A stretch of 30,256 bases of DNA from a virus. The position numbers and the translations under genes were made by a program. Under the pieces are notes generated by a model. The model had not been told where the DNA came from and ran no database searches. It worked only from the letters and a program-made list of their open reading frames with translations. The DNA is taken from the IMG/VR virus record IMGVR_UViG_3300044786_000093, one strand, 5' to 3'. Positions within the stretch are counted from its first letter, which is position 1, and each line of letters starts with the position of its first letter. This document shows, piece by piece, positions 1 to 5,989 of this stretch.

Positions 1-127
1 ACCCCCGACTGCCCCCGACCTGATCGGGGGGGGGGCCAGCGCCTACCGCCCCCACGCGCACCCGCGCCAGCTTGTGCCCTTCAACGATCACGCTTCCCAG
101 CGTGCCCATGTCGGGCTGCTCATGCAG
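1..127. repeat. Terminal direct repeat. Bases 1-127 are identical to 30130-30256, so the contig ends overlap and the unit is circular or circularly permuted, about 30,129 bp.
   Basis: Both ends read base by base: acccccgactgcccccgacctgatcgggggggggg...tcgggctgctcatgcag occurs at each terminus. Confidence 0.95.
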
Positions 128-274
128 CACACCGAAGTCTGACAAACTCTGCACGTTGTAGTGACCACAATCGCAGAACCAACCCGCACCCCCGGCCAAC
201 ACGTTGGCCGTCTTCTCGCACACTCCGCAGGTTTCACCCGTGAAGCCGTTGTAATTGGCCCAAGTATCAGCCAT
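1..274 (-). CDS. Small zinc-ribbon-like protein (91 aa). It is the last gene of the leftward operon, and its TAG stop spans the circular junction (pos 1 plus 30129-30128).
   Basis: Hand translation from ATG at 274: MADTWANYNGFTGETCGVCEKTANVLAGGAGWFCDCGHYN...GAGPPPDQVGGSRG. It has a CxxC...CxC motif. It is absent from the ORF track because the stop lies across the contig end. A G10 run (26-35) lies inside it. Confidence 0.6.
   Translation of the reverse strand, partial: MADTWANYNGFTGETCGVCEKTANVLAGGAGWFCDCGHYNVQSLSDFGVLHEQPDMGTLGSVIVEGHKLARVRVGAVGAGPPPDQVGGSRG
12..30. repeat. Hairpin element of the variant family (CCCCCGA-CCTGA-TCGGGGG).
   Basis: The same palindrome recurs at 733-753 and 9531-9551, with degenerate copies at 13878-13922 and a duplicate at 30141-30159. 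Confidence 0.7.
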
Positions 275-279
275 CTCAG

Positions 280-618
280 TTATTTCTGAAACAGTGTAGA
301 CTTCCATTTCGTTTGCTCTCCCATCACCGCCCGATGCTCATCGTCCAACACACCGCTCCGCGCCCCGCACACCGGGCACACAAGATCGCCCAGCACGAGC
401 GAGTAGACCATCTCGGCAGGCGCGCCGTACTTCCGCTCAGGGTGCAGACAGATCATCTTCACTTCCCCGCCCACCGCCGACATACTGCCAGGACAGCGTG
501 TGCCCCCACGACCGTGGCTCTCATAGCGCGGCGTGCGATCTTGCCCAAGCGTGGTCTCACGAACAGCCACACCGCAAACCGGACACAGCGAGAAGACCAC
601 AAGGTCCATCGCGCTCAT
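280..618 (-). CDS. Hypothetical double zinc-ribbon protein (112 aa, two CPVCG motifs).
   Basis: It lies in ORF 280..717(-). The ATG at 618 forms an ATGA overlap with the stop of the upstream gene (615-617). Sequence: MSAMDLVVFSLCPVCG...VCPVCGARS. Confidence 0.65.
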   Translation of the reverse strand: MSAMDLVVFSLCPVCGVAVRETTLGQDRTPRYESHGRGGTRCPGSMSAVGGEVKMICLHPERKYGAPAEMVYSLVLGDLVCPVCGARSGVLDDEHRAVMGEQTKWKSTLFQK

Positions 619-797
619 CGCCACGCGCCCGAGATCCCCGACGCCCACCACTCCCCCAGCGCCGCGATCACCACGACCAGCGCGTACCAAAGCAGCTCGC
701 GGTTGCGCCAAGCCCACCGACTGACCGACTTCGTCCCCGACCTAATCGGGGATCGGACTTCGGACTTACCGACTCCGGACTGACTGACCGCGCTCAT
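615..797 (-). CDS. Small membrane protein (60 aa, one hydrophobic helix LLWYALVVVIAALGEWW).
   Basis: It lies in ORF 615..830(-). The ATG at 797 forms an ATGA overlap with the stop of the upstream gene (794-796). Its N-terminus is encoded by the heptad repeats and a hairpin element. Confidence 0.55.
   Translation of the reverse strand: MSAVSQSGVGKSEVRSPIRSGTKSVSRWAWRNRELLWYALVVVIAALGEWWASGISGAWR
733..753. repeat. Hairpin element of the variant family (GTCCCCGA-CCTAA-TCGGGGAT).
   Basis: 7-bp palindromic stem. The reverse complement ATCCCCGATTAGGTCGGGGAC parallels the main family ATCCCCGCGCAGGCGGGGAC, with a C:G to A:T compensatory pair. Confidence 0.7.
754..788. repeat. Imperfect heptad repeats (cggactt cggactt accgact ccggact gactgac).
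   Basis: Read directly. Same repeat family as at 1071, 10474, 17845, 22023 and 25382. Confidence 0.7.
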
Positions 798-1120
798 GTC
801 CCCGACTCCTTCTCCGGCAGCTGCCACCAAAGCGGCCCCGCGATAGCAATCTGCCTGAGCCGCCCCCCATAAAGCGCCCTCTCCGCTTCGCCGATGGCCG
901 CTTCGATATAGGGAAACTTCTCACACCCATCGTGCTCAGTCAGATAGCGCATCACGGCCACGTACAGCGTCTCCAGCACCGCTCGATCAACGCTGGCGAA
1001 CACGCGCACATGCTCTCGGCCTTCTGCCTCCTGTGAACTGCCTTCTGCCTTCTGCGTACTGCCTTCTGGCGACTGACCGACTTCGAACTTCGGACTGACG
1101 ACTGACGACTGAGTCTTCAT
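794..1120 (-). CDS. Hypothetical protein (108 aa) with a repeat-encoded, low-complexity N-terminus.
   Basis: ORF track. The ATG at 1120 forms an ATGA overlap with the upstream stop (1117-1119). The N-terminal ~40 aa are encoded by heptads (1071-1112) and gccttctg tandem repeats (~1017-1070). Confidence 0.6.
   Translation of the reverse strand: MKTQSSVVSPKFEVGQSPEGSTQKAEGSSQEAEGREHVRVFASVDRAVLETLYVAVMRYLTEHDGCEKFPYIEAAIGEAERALYGGRLRQIAIAGPLWWQLPEKESGT
1071..1112. repeat. Six in-phase heptads (gactgac cgacttc gaacttc ggactga cgactga cgactga).
   Basis: Read directly. Exact 7-nt register. Confidence 0.8.
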
Positions 1121-1413
1121 GTCCCCACCGGCCTTCCACGCTTCACCTTCAAGCGCCCGTCCGCGCGCCCCGCTTCCGAGCGACGCCGCGCGATCTCCTG
1201 CTCAACGTCTTTCACCAGCACGCGCCCCTGCTTTTGCACGTTCGACTCGCGCTCGTCGCGCAGCCAGGTAAGACGCCCACGCAGACACAACTCGGCCAGC
1301 GCCCCCGCCGAAATCCCGATCCGCTTCGCTGCCTCGCTCATCGTATACACGTCGCGCTCCCCGGCCACGTCCACCGGCTTCCATTCCTGAAAGTGCTGCA
1401 ACATCTTCGGCAT
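1117..1413 (-). CDS. Helix-turn-helix DNA-binding protein (MerR/excisionase-like HTH). It is the first gene of the leftward operon and a candidate early regulator.
   Basis: ORF 1117..1428(-). The motif YTMSEAAKRIGISAGALAELCLRGRL resembles an HTH. GGAGGA (1418-1423) lies 4 nt before ATG 1413. GTG 1428 is an alternative start. Confidence 0.7.
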   Translation of the reverse strand: MPKMLQHFQEWKPVDVAGERDVYTMSEAAKRIGISAGALAELCLRGRLTWLRDERESNVQKQGRVLVKDVEQEIARRRSEAGRADGRLKVKRGRPVGT

Positions 1414-1430
1414 AGCGTCCTCCGCCACTC

Positions 1431-1458
1431 ATCATAATCAACTTCCGGTAATTGTCAA
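1431..1458 (-). promoter_or_regulatory. Sigma70-type promoter for the leftward operon (TTGACA-N16-TATGAT).
   Basis: The minus strand reads cacTTGACAattaccggaagttgatTATGATgagtggcGGAGGAcgctATG. It sits in an AT-richer island within a GC-rich genome. Confidence 0.65.
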
Positions 1459-1499
1459 GTGGATCAGGCTTATGGAGATAAAGCCGAACTATCTCATCC

Positions 1500-2060
1500 C
1501 GTAGCGTTTGTCTCGAGCCCGAAGTAGTCGGCCACCCCGACCTCTACGCCGCGAAGCGCGGCACGATCTCCTTTACGCCGCGAAGCGCGGCACGAGCAAA
1601 ACCTTCCGCGCGGAAAACCAAGAGCCGCGCGGCGGGGGGGTCGCGGCCCCCCCCGGCTTCGCTCCCCCACCCCTCCAATGGGGGGACAGTAGCGCCCCGC
1701 CCCCCCGCCAAGCTCCCCCTCCTGATGCGCGTGACCCATCGCAGACGACCCGCAGAGCAAAGGCGGCTACGCCACATTGAGAAGAGCGTGGCGTAGCCAA
1801 CGCGCAGGCCCACCAGCCCTTCCAACACACACGCACCAGTGACACCACCCGCAGAGCTCCCGCGCGCCGCGCGCGGGCGGGGGGCGACCCGACGCCCCCC
1901 AGATCAGACCTCCCCCTCGGGTCGCGGCTTTCAGCCGGCGCGCCGGACGGGGGAAGACCAAGTGCCCCCCGCCGGTACCGGGCGGCCCCCTGCCCGCCCG
2001 CGCGCCGTCCTCAGCCGCGGGCCACTCACCCCGGCCTGGGGGTTTACCATAGGCCGCCGC
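1500..2060. other. Hairpin-dense, C/A-rich (T-poor on +) non-coding block.
   Basis: Contents: direct repeat tacgccGCGAAGCgcggcacga x2 (1545-1594); ccgcgcgg-aaaaccaagag-ccgcgcgg; an 11-bp stem ggctacgccac/gtggcgtagcc (1763-1796); gggggcg-acccga-cgccccc; cggggg-aagaccaagtg-cccccg; gcGCGAAGCgcgc (2059-2069). All ORFs here are Arg/Gly/Pro-rich with no RBS. Confidence 0.6.
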
Positions 2061-2106
2061 GCGAAGCGCGCGCTGTTGTCTTTCATCTTGGGTTTTTTCT
2101 TTTCTT

Positions 2107-2140
2107 TAAAAGCAAGGCCCGGCTTTCCGGGTCTTTTTTG
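2107..2140 (+). terminator. Intrinsic terminator, possibly bidirectional.
   Basis: aaaagcaaGGCCCGGctttCCGGGTCtttttt: a 7-bp GC stem (2116-2122/2127-2133) and a T6 run (2134-2139), with an A-rich stretch upstream. Confidence 0.6.
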
Positions 2141-2989
2141 CCGGGTTTCGGGGTGGGCGGCGTGTGCTCTTTCGGGTGGGCCTGGCGTGTCTTTTGTGCT
2201 CTTTCGGGTGGTCAAACAACCGCTCTCTTGGGGTCTTGCGTTGGCTCTCTCTTTGTGTCATGCTGTCTCTGTTCGTTGGTTCTTCTTCCTGTTGTTGTTG
2301 CGCTCCGCTTCTTGCGGAGCCGGGTGGTCGCCGTGTTCGCTCCTTCTTCTCTCTCCGCTCCTGTTCTCGCTTTCGTCGGCCTGTGGGCCGTGTTCGCGCT
2401 GCTGTTGTGGGTGCGCCTGTGCCTGCGGCGCTGGGCGCTGCTGGCCGGTGGCGTGCCCGGCCTGGTGGCGGCGGGCGTCGCCGTCTCGTTCGTGCCGGGT
2501 GGTGTCGTGTTCCGCTGTTCGCCGCGCCGCGCTGTGCCGGTCGCCGCTCGGCTGCTGGCGCTCTGCCGCTTGCTCGGCGTGCCCGCCGCGGCGGTCTCGT
2601 TCCCGGCTTCCGCCGGTGGCGGTGTGTCCGTGTTCGCGGCGCCGTGGTTGGGTGCGTTGCTGTGCTGTCGCGCTTTCCGCTCGGCGCGGGCGGTGGGCTG
2701 TGGCGTCGTGTGGGGTGTGCTGTGAGGCCTGCTGTGTCTGTCTCTCCCGCCCTGTGCCTTGCGCGCGGCCTGCCCCGCGCCGCCCGCGCCGTGTTGCGCG
2801 GTCGCGCGCTCCTCGTCGGGCGTGGTGCGCTGTTGCGCGGCTTGCCCATCCCCGCGCGCGTGCTGGCGGCGCTGTCCTGCCCGGCGCTGGCGTCGTCCGC
2901 GCCCGGCGCTGTCCCGACCTGCGGGCGTGCCGGTTGCGTCTGCGGGCGGGTCTGCCCGTCCGCACAGCCCGCGCTGTTTGGGTTCGCGT
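2141..2989 (+). other. Adenine-depleted tract: 12 A in 849 nt on the + strand, and none in 2319-2724.
   Basis: Hand count of every line. A occurs only at 2214-2216, 2218-2219, 2260, 2318, 2725, 2848, 2917, 2964 and 2966. All six frames are open as a consequence. Confidence 0.9.
2324..2725 (+). CDS. Candidate adenine-free ORF A (133 aa). It is hydrophobic and Arg-rich, membrane-like, and built only from V, A, L, G, F, W, C, S, P and R.
   Basis: GTG 2324 follows the only GGAG in the tract (2316-2319). T counts in 2401-2520 are 17/4/9 at coordinates 0/1/2 mod 3, which equals codon positions 2/3/1 of this frame. Third positions are almost all G/C. It ends at the TGA formed with the lone A at 2725. 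Confidence 0.4.
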   Translation: MVAVFAPSSLSAPVLAFVGLWAVFALLLWVRLCLRRWALLAGGVPGLVAAGVAVSFVPGGVVFRCSPRRAVPVAARLLALCRLLGVPAAAVSFPASAGGGVSVFAAPWLGALLCCRAFRSARAVGCGVVWGVL

Positions 2990-2991
2990 AG
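2734..2991 (+). CDS. Candidate nearly adenine-free ORF B (85 aa, 4 A in the sense codons).
   Basis: GTG 2734 lies 6 nt after GAGG (2724-2727). T counts in 2761-3000 are 7/15/22 at coordinates 0/1/2 mod 3, which equals codon positions 3/1/2 of this frame, a +1 phase shift relative to ORF A. Stop is TAG 2989-2991. Confidence 0.35.
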   Translation: MSVSPALCLARGLPRAARAVLRGRALLVGRGALLRGLPIPARVLAALSCPALASSAPGAVPTCGRAGCVCGRVCPSAQPALFGFA

Positions 2992-3019
2992 CCCGTGCTC
3001 TGTTTTCGGAGGCTGTACT

Positions 3020-3442
3020 ATGAATCGGCTGACTGGCTCTGGCGGTGAGACGGTAAGCGCGGATGTGCGCGCGGCGATTGCCCGCGCCCACCGCGCCAAT
3101 TCCAAGACAAACCCAAACCCGACCCGCGTCGTCGCCATCGCTTCGCCGTCATCGCTCTATCCGCGAGAACTCTCGCCGCTCCAGTTCCAGGCCGCGCGCC
3201 ACCAGGCTGTCATGGCGCGTGTGAGGCGCTCGGCTCATGCGCCGTCCGGCGTGGTCGTCGTCGTTTCGTTCGGCGCGTTCGCAAACGCGGCAGCATTCGG
3301 GCGCGAACTGGCCGCAAACCGGCGCGTGGTTGTGCGCCGCTCCGAGGTCGGGTTCGACGTGACCGTGCCAGCATCGTGCACGCTGCGTTCTCTGCTGCGC
3401 GGCGCTGAGGCGACCACGTGGCAGGCGATTGAGAATTTCTAA
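3020..3442 (+). CDS. Hypothetical early protein (140 aa).
   Basis: GGAGG (3008-3012) lies 7 nt before ATG 3020. It is in frame with ORF 2759..3442, and normal composition resumes here. Confidence 0.75.
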   Translation: MNRLTGSGGETVSADVRAAIARAHRANSKTNPNPTRVVAIASPSSLYPRELSPLQFQAARHQAVMARVRRSAHAPSGVVVVVSFGAFANAAAFGRELAANRRVVVRRSEVGFDVTVPASCTLRSLLRGAEATTWQAIENF

Positions 3443-3690
3443 ATGGCTAATCCGGCCACTCTCTTACCCGGTCAGAGGCTTACGCTGTGGTGCGAGCAGC
3501 GGGCGCTGTGTGCCGATCAAGAGAAATGCCGCGAAGTGCAAACGAACCGGAGTTTTCAAAACCGGCACGCCGCCAGAAACTTTCGGGGTTTGCGCGCGAG
3601 GCGGCCTACAAATCACCGGGGAAACCCCAGAAGGCGACTGACTCGCTAGGCAATTATCCGCTGTCAACCGCCAACCATTACGGAGGACAC

Positions 3691-3954
3691 ATGAACCCAA
3701 CACAGAAACGCGCCACTACCCACACCGCGCCCATGTTCCCGACCGGCGACGACCTGCCCCTATTCAGTGGCACGCCCATGCGCGCCCAGGTGGAGGAGTT
3801 CAAACCGGAGGCCGTCGAGGAGCAGCCAACTCTCTTTACACTGCCCAGGCCAGAGATGCGCCCGCGCCGCCGACCCATTGCGGCTCCGCCCGCAACCGGC
3901 ATCCTGCTACCGATTCACGTCACTGCCGCCGCCGTCGCAGAGGCCGCACGCTGA
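3691..3954 (+). CDS. Hypothetical protein (87 aa).
   Basis: cGGAGGAcacATG RBS. The C-terminal part of ORF 3487..3954. Confidence 0.7.
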   Translation: MNPTQKRATTHTAPMFPTGDDLPLFSGTPMRAQVEEFKPEAVEEQPTLFTLPRPEMRPRRRPIAAPPATGILLPIHVTAAAVAEAAR

Positions 3955-4004
3955 GAGAAAGACAGCGGCGACACCTACTAGCAACATTCACACCGGAGGA
4001 CATC

Positions 4005-4310
4005 ATGCTCACCGATACCATCACCCCCACCCGCACCATCTCGCACGCGCTCGCGCTCGCGAGCGACGGCGGCTATGCTGCGCTGCACGAACTCGCCACG
4101 CTCACGCCGCTCAGCGCCGGCGACCTGTGCCTGCTGGCGACCGGCGCGAACCCGCGCATGAGCCAGGCCGGGATTGACCTGGCGCTGGCGCTGTATCATG
4201 AGCGCGAGGGCACGCACATCGGCGCGCATGGAGGCAGCGTTTGTGAGGTCTGCGATCTGGACGCCGTGAATGAGTACGCGCTGAAAATCCTGCTGGAGGC
4301 GCAGCGATGA
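4005..4310 (+). CDS. Hypothetical protein (101 aa).
   Basis: ccGGAGGAcatcATG RBS. ORF track. Confidence 0.75.
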   Translation: MLTDTITPTRTISHALALASDGGYAALHELATLTPLSAGDLCLLATGANPRMSQAGIDLALALYHEREGTHIGAHGGSVCEVCDLDAVNEYALKILLEAQR

Positions 4311-4597
4311 ACACGCTCTCGCTCGAGGCCCAGCGCGCGGTCGAGGAGTCTGCCGCGCGCAGCCGCCTGCACGCAGCGCGCTACGGCGTGCGCTTCACCG
4401 TCATCCTGTCCGATCCCGGCACGCGGATGCGGCGCGCCGGCCAGGAGGTGCCGCTGCGCGCCGCCGTCGCCGGCAGCGACGGCACGATCAACTACATCAG
4501 CGCCGACGCGGACGGCCTGCTGCACTGCACGTGCCGCGCGGATCCCCGCGCAGGCGGGGACTGTGCGCACCTGAACGCCTACACGCGCCACATGTAA
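4307..4597 (+). CDS. SWIM-type zinc-finger protein (96 aa).
   Basis: ATGA overlap with the upstream gene. A CxC-x10-CxH motif (HCTCRADPRAGGDCAH) is present. The palindromic element 4542-4561 encodes the DPRAGGD loop. Confidence 0.7.
   Translation: MNTLSLEAQRAVEESAARSRLHAARYGVRFTVILSDPGTRMRRAGQEVPLRAAVAGSDGTINYISADADGLLHCTCRADPRAGGDCAHLNAYTRHM
4542..4561 (+). repeat. Palindromic hairpin element, copy 1 (ATCCCCGCGCAGGCGGGGAC), in frame within a CDS.
   Basis: Exact 20-mer, also at 9880-9899 and 16128-16147. Confidence 0.9.
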
Positions 4598-4605
4598 AAA
4601 CGAAA

Positions 4606-4634
4606 GCCCGCTGCGGAGGGGGGCCGCAGCGGGC
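4606..4634. terminator. GC-rich hairpin (gcccgctgcgg-agggggg-ccgcagcgggc). The U-tract is on the minus-strand side.
   Basis: An 11-bp perfect stem, with aaaaacgaaa upstream on + (equal to tttcgttttt downstream on -). Confidence 0.5.
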
Positions 4635-4697
4635 AAATGGGCGGACTGGCTCCGTGCGAACCAGCCGCCTACAATTAGGATAGCAGAAAGGAGCACC

Positions 4698-5207
4698 ATG
4701 TCAACACCCAACGGCACACTCCATTGCACGATCTGCGGCGAAGTCCTGCCCGCTCACAAGCCTGGCTGCAAGCACAACCCGGCGAACGCCAGGCCCGCCG
4801 CGATCCAACGCGAGGCCCCCTACACCGGCCCGCGCATCACCTGGTCGTCGCTGGCGACGCACATCAAGGCGCTCTATCTCGACCCGCCCAAGACGCTCAC
4901 GATCCGCGCGCTCAAATACGAGGTCACGCGCGGCCAGGACGGCAACGAGCGCAAGGTGGAGGTGCTCGCCTTCCGCGAGTGCCCGCAGACCTTGATTTTG
5001 AATGAGAGCTGCAAAGACGCGCTCTTCGCGCTCTTCGGCGACGACGTGTCCGCGTGTGTCGGCAAGGCCATCACGCTCTACGCTAAGCCGTTCGGCAAGC
5101 GCCGCATCGCCGCAATCCGCGCCGCCAACGGCACGTCCCCAGCGGCGGCGCCGGTCCCCGCGCAGGCGGGGATGGCCGCGCCCGAGGCCGAGGAAGAGAA
5201 GTTCTAA
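4698..5207 (+). CDS. Hypothetical protein (169 aa). Possibly an SSB-like OB-fold protein with an acidic C-terminal tail ending in F; this is a weak call.
   Basis: aAAGGAGcaccATG RBS. N-terminal CxxC...C. C-terminus ...APEAEEEKF. Carries element copy 2. Confidence 0.7.
   Translation: MSTPNGTLHCTICGEVLPAHKPGCKHNPANARPAAIQREAPYTGPRITWSSLATHIKALYLDPPKTLTIRALKYEVTRGQDGNERKVEVLAFRECPQTLILNESCKDALFALFGDDVSACVGKAITLYAKPFGKRRIAAIRAANGTSPAAAPVPAQAGMAAPEAEEEKF
5154..5173 (-). repeat. Palindromic hairpin element, copy 2 (GTCCCCGCGCAGGCGGGGAT on +).
   Basis: Same stem and loop, with the flanking A/C swapped. It lies inside a CDS in a different reading frame (PVPAQAGM). Confidence 0.8.
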
Positions 5208-5211
5208 CCCA

Positions 5212-5267
5212 CCCCCGCCCTTGCGGGGGCAAGCCCAGGGGGCAGCGTCAGAAACGGCGCTGCCCCC
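5212..5267 (+). terminator. Two tandem GC hairpins after the 4698-5207 gene.
   Basis: cccccgc-cctt-gcggggg (5212-5229, element-like) and gggggcagcg-tcagaaacgg-cgctgccccc (5238-5267). Confidence 0.5.
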
Positions 5268-5285
5268 ACCACACCGGAGGACATC

Positions 5286-5549
5286 ATGACACGCACACAG
5301 AAAGAAGCCGCAGCGCACGCAAAACGAATCCTGTGGAACGCTACCGAGGCGATAGAGTACGCCGTCGCACTGCTGACAGAGTGCAACTGCCGCGCCGAAG
5401 CGGCGGCGATCTCGGCCACCTGCGCCGGAATCTACCCGGACGAGGACAAGCCCGAAAATTGGCCGGAGGACGATACGCCCGCACCCACGCCGCCCGCGCC
5501 CGTCGCCACGCTCTGGCAGGACGAGCCGGACGAGGAGGAGAAACCCTAA
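5286..5549 (+). CDS. Hypothetical acidic protein (87 aa).
   Basis: ccGGAGGAcatcATG RBS. ORF track. Confidence 0.75.
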   Translation: MTRTQKEAAAHAKRILWNATEAIEYAVALLTECNCRAEAAAISATCAGIYPDEDKPENWPEDDTPAPTPPAPVATLWQDEPDEEEKP

Positions 5550-5623
5550 CCGAACCGTTGCCATTCTCGCGCCAGGATCGTGCTACACTCAACTCACACC
5601 ATCACTCACAATCGGAGGACACC

Positions 5624-5887
5624 ATGAACAAGAATGAGATCAAAGCCAAGCTTGCGGAGTTCTTCCGCAACCATCAGATTTCTTCGCCGCACGGCACGTT
5701 CGGCCACGTTGGAACAAACGACGGCATTACGACTTGCTCGTGTGGCGCGCGCTGGCACACGTTCTACTCGCGCTACGGTTTGGAGTGGCGCGCGCTCAAC
5801 GAGCAGGCCACCGCGCACGACCAGGCGCAGGCCACGCTCCCGGACGGTTACGGCCTGGACATGGAAGGCAACCTGTTCAAGGAATAG
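5624..5887 (+). CDS. Hypothetical protein (87 aa).
   Basis: tcGGAGGAcaccATG RBS. The C-terminal part of ORF 5333..5887. Confidence 0.75.
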   Translation: MNKNEIKAKLAEFFRNHQISSPHGTFGHVGTNDGITTCSCGARWHTFYSRYGLEWRALNEQATAHDQAQATLPDGYGLDMEGNLFKE

Positions 5888-5909
5888 CCGTCGCACATCG
5901 CCCCACCTG

Positions 5910-5940
5910 CCCCGGCCCGTGCGCCGGGGCTTCCATTTCG
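5910..5940 (+). terminator. Intrinsic terminator-like hairpin.
   Basis: ccccggc-ccgtgc-gccgggg followed by cttccatttcg. Confidence 0.55.
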
Positions 5941-5989
5941 CAAAGCCATTTCCGATTTTGCTATGCGAAATCGTAGCGAGGTGTGCTCC

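Noticed and set aside
1-127. The terminal 127-bp repeats as biological direct terminal repeats or LTR-like ends of a mobile element.
   Set aside because: The repeat interrupts a coherent ORF that only closes when the contig is circularised, and the length equals a common assembler k-mer. It is therefore most simply an assembly overlap of a circular sequence. True termini need read-level analysis.
2141-2989. Adenine depletion as the signature of a diversity-generating retroelement (A-specific mutagenesis). The tail-fibre duplication (26621-26833 and 27335-27547) was also considered as a TR/VR pair.
   Set aside because: No reverse transcriptase ORF is present (no YxDD-type motif seen). No template copy of the A-free tract exists elsewhere in the genome. 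The two tail-fibre copies differ at all four bases rather than only at A positions.
1839-3138. Very long ORFs in all six frames, for example 1839..3023(+) 394 aa, 2164..2991(+) 275 aa, 2212..3138(-) 308 aa, 2258..3091(-) 277 aa and 2106..2849(-) 247 aa.
   Set aside because: They exist only because a strand without A (T on the complement) cannot contain stop codons. Most are Arg/Pro/Cys-rich with no RBS. Only the two sub-frames supported by T period-3 phasing and SD/GTG context were kept, and those at low confidence.
3443-3649. A 68-aa ORF starting immediately after the stop of the 3020-3442 gene.
   Set aside because: It is Arg-rich. By my count only about 60% of its third positions are G/C, against nearly all in the confident genes. 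It is full of small hairpins and has no SD. It is more likely an untranslated leader or regulatory region, although a small foreign gene cannot be excluded.
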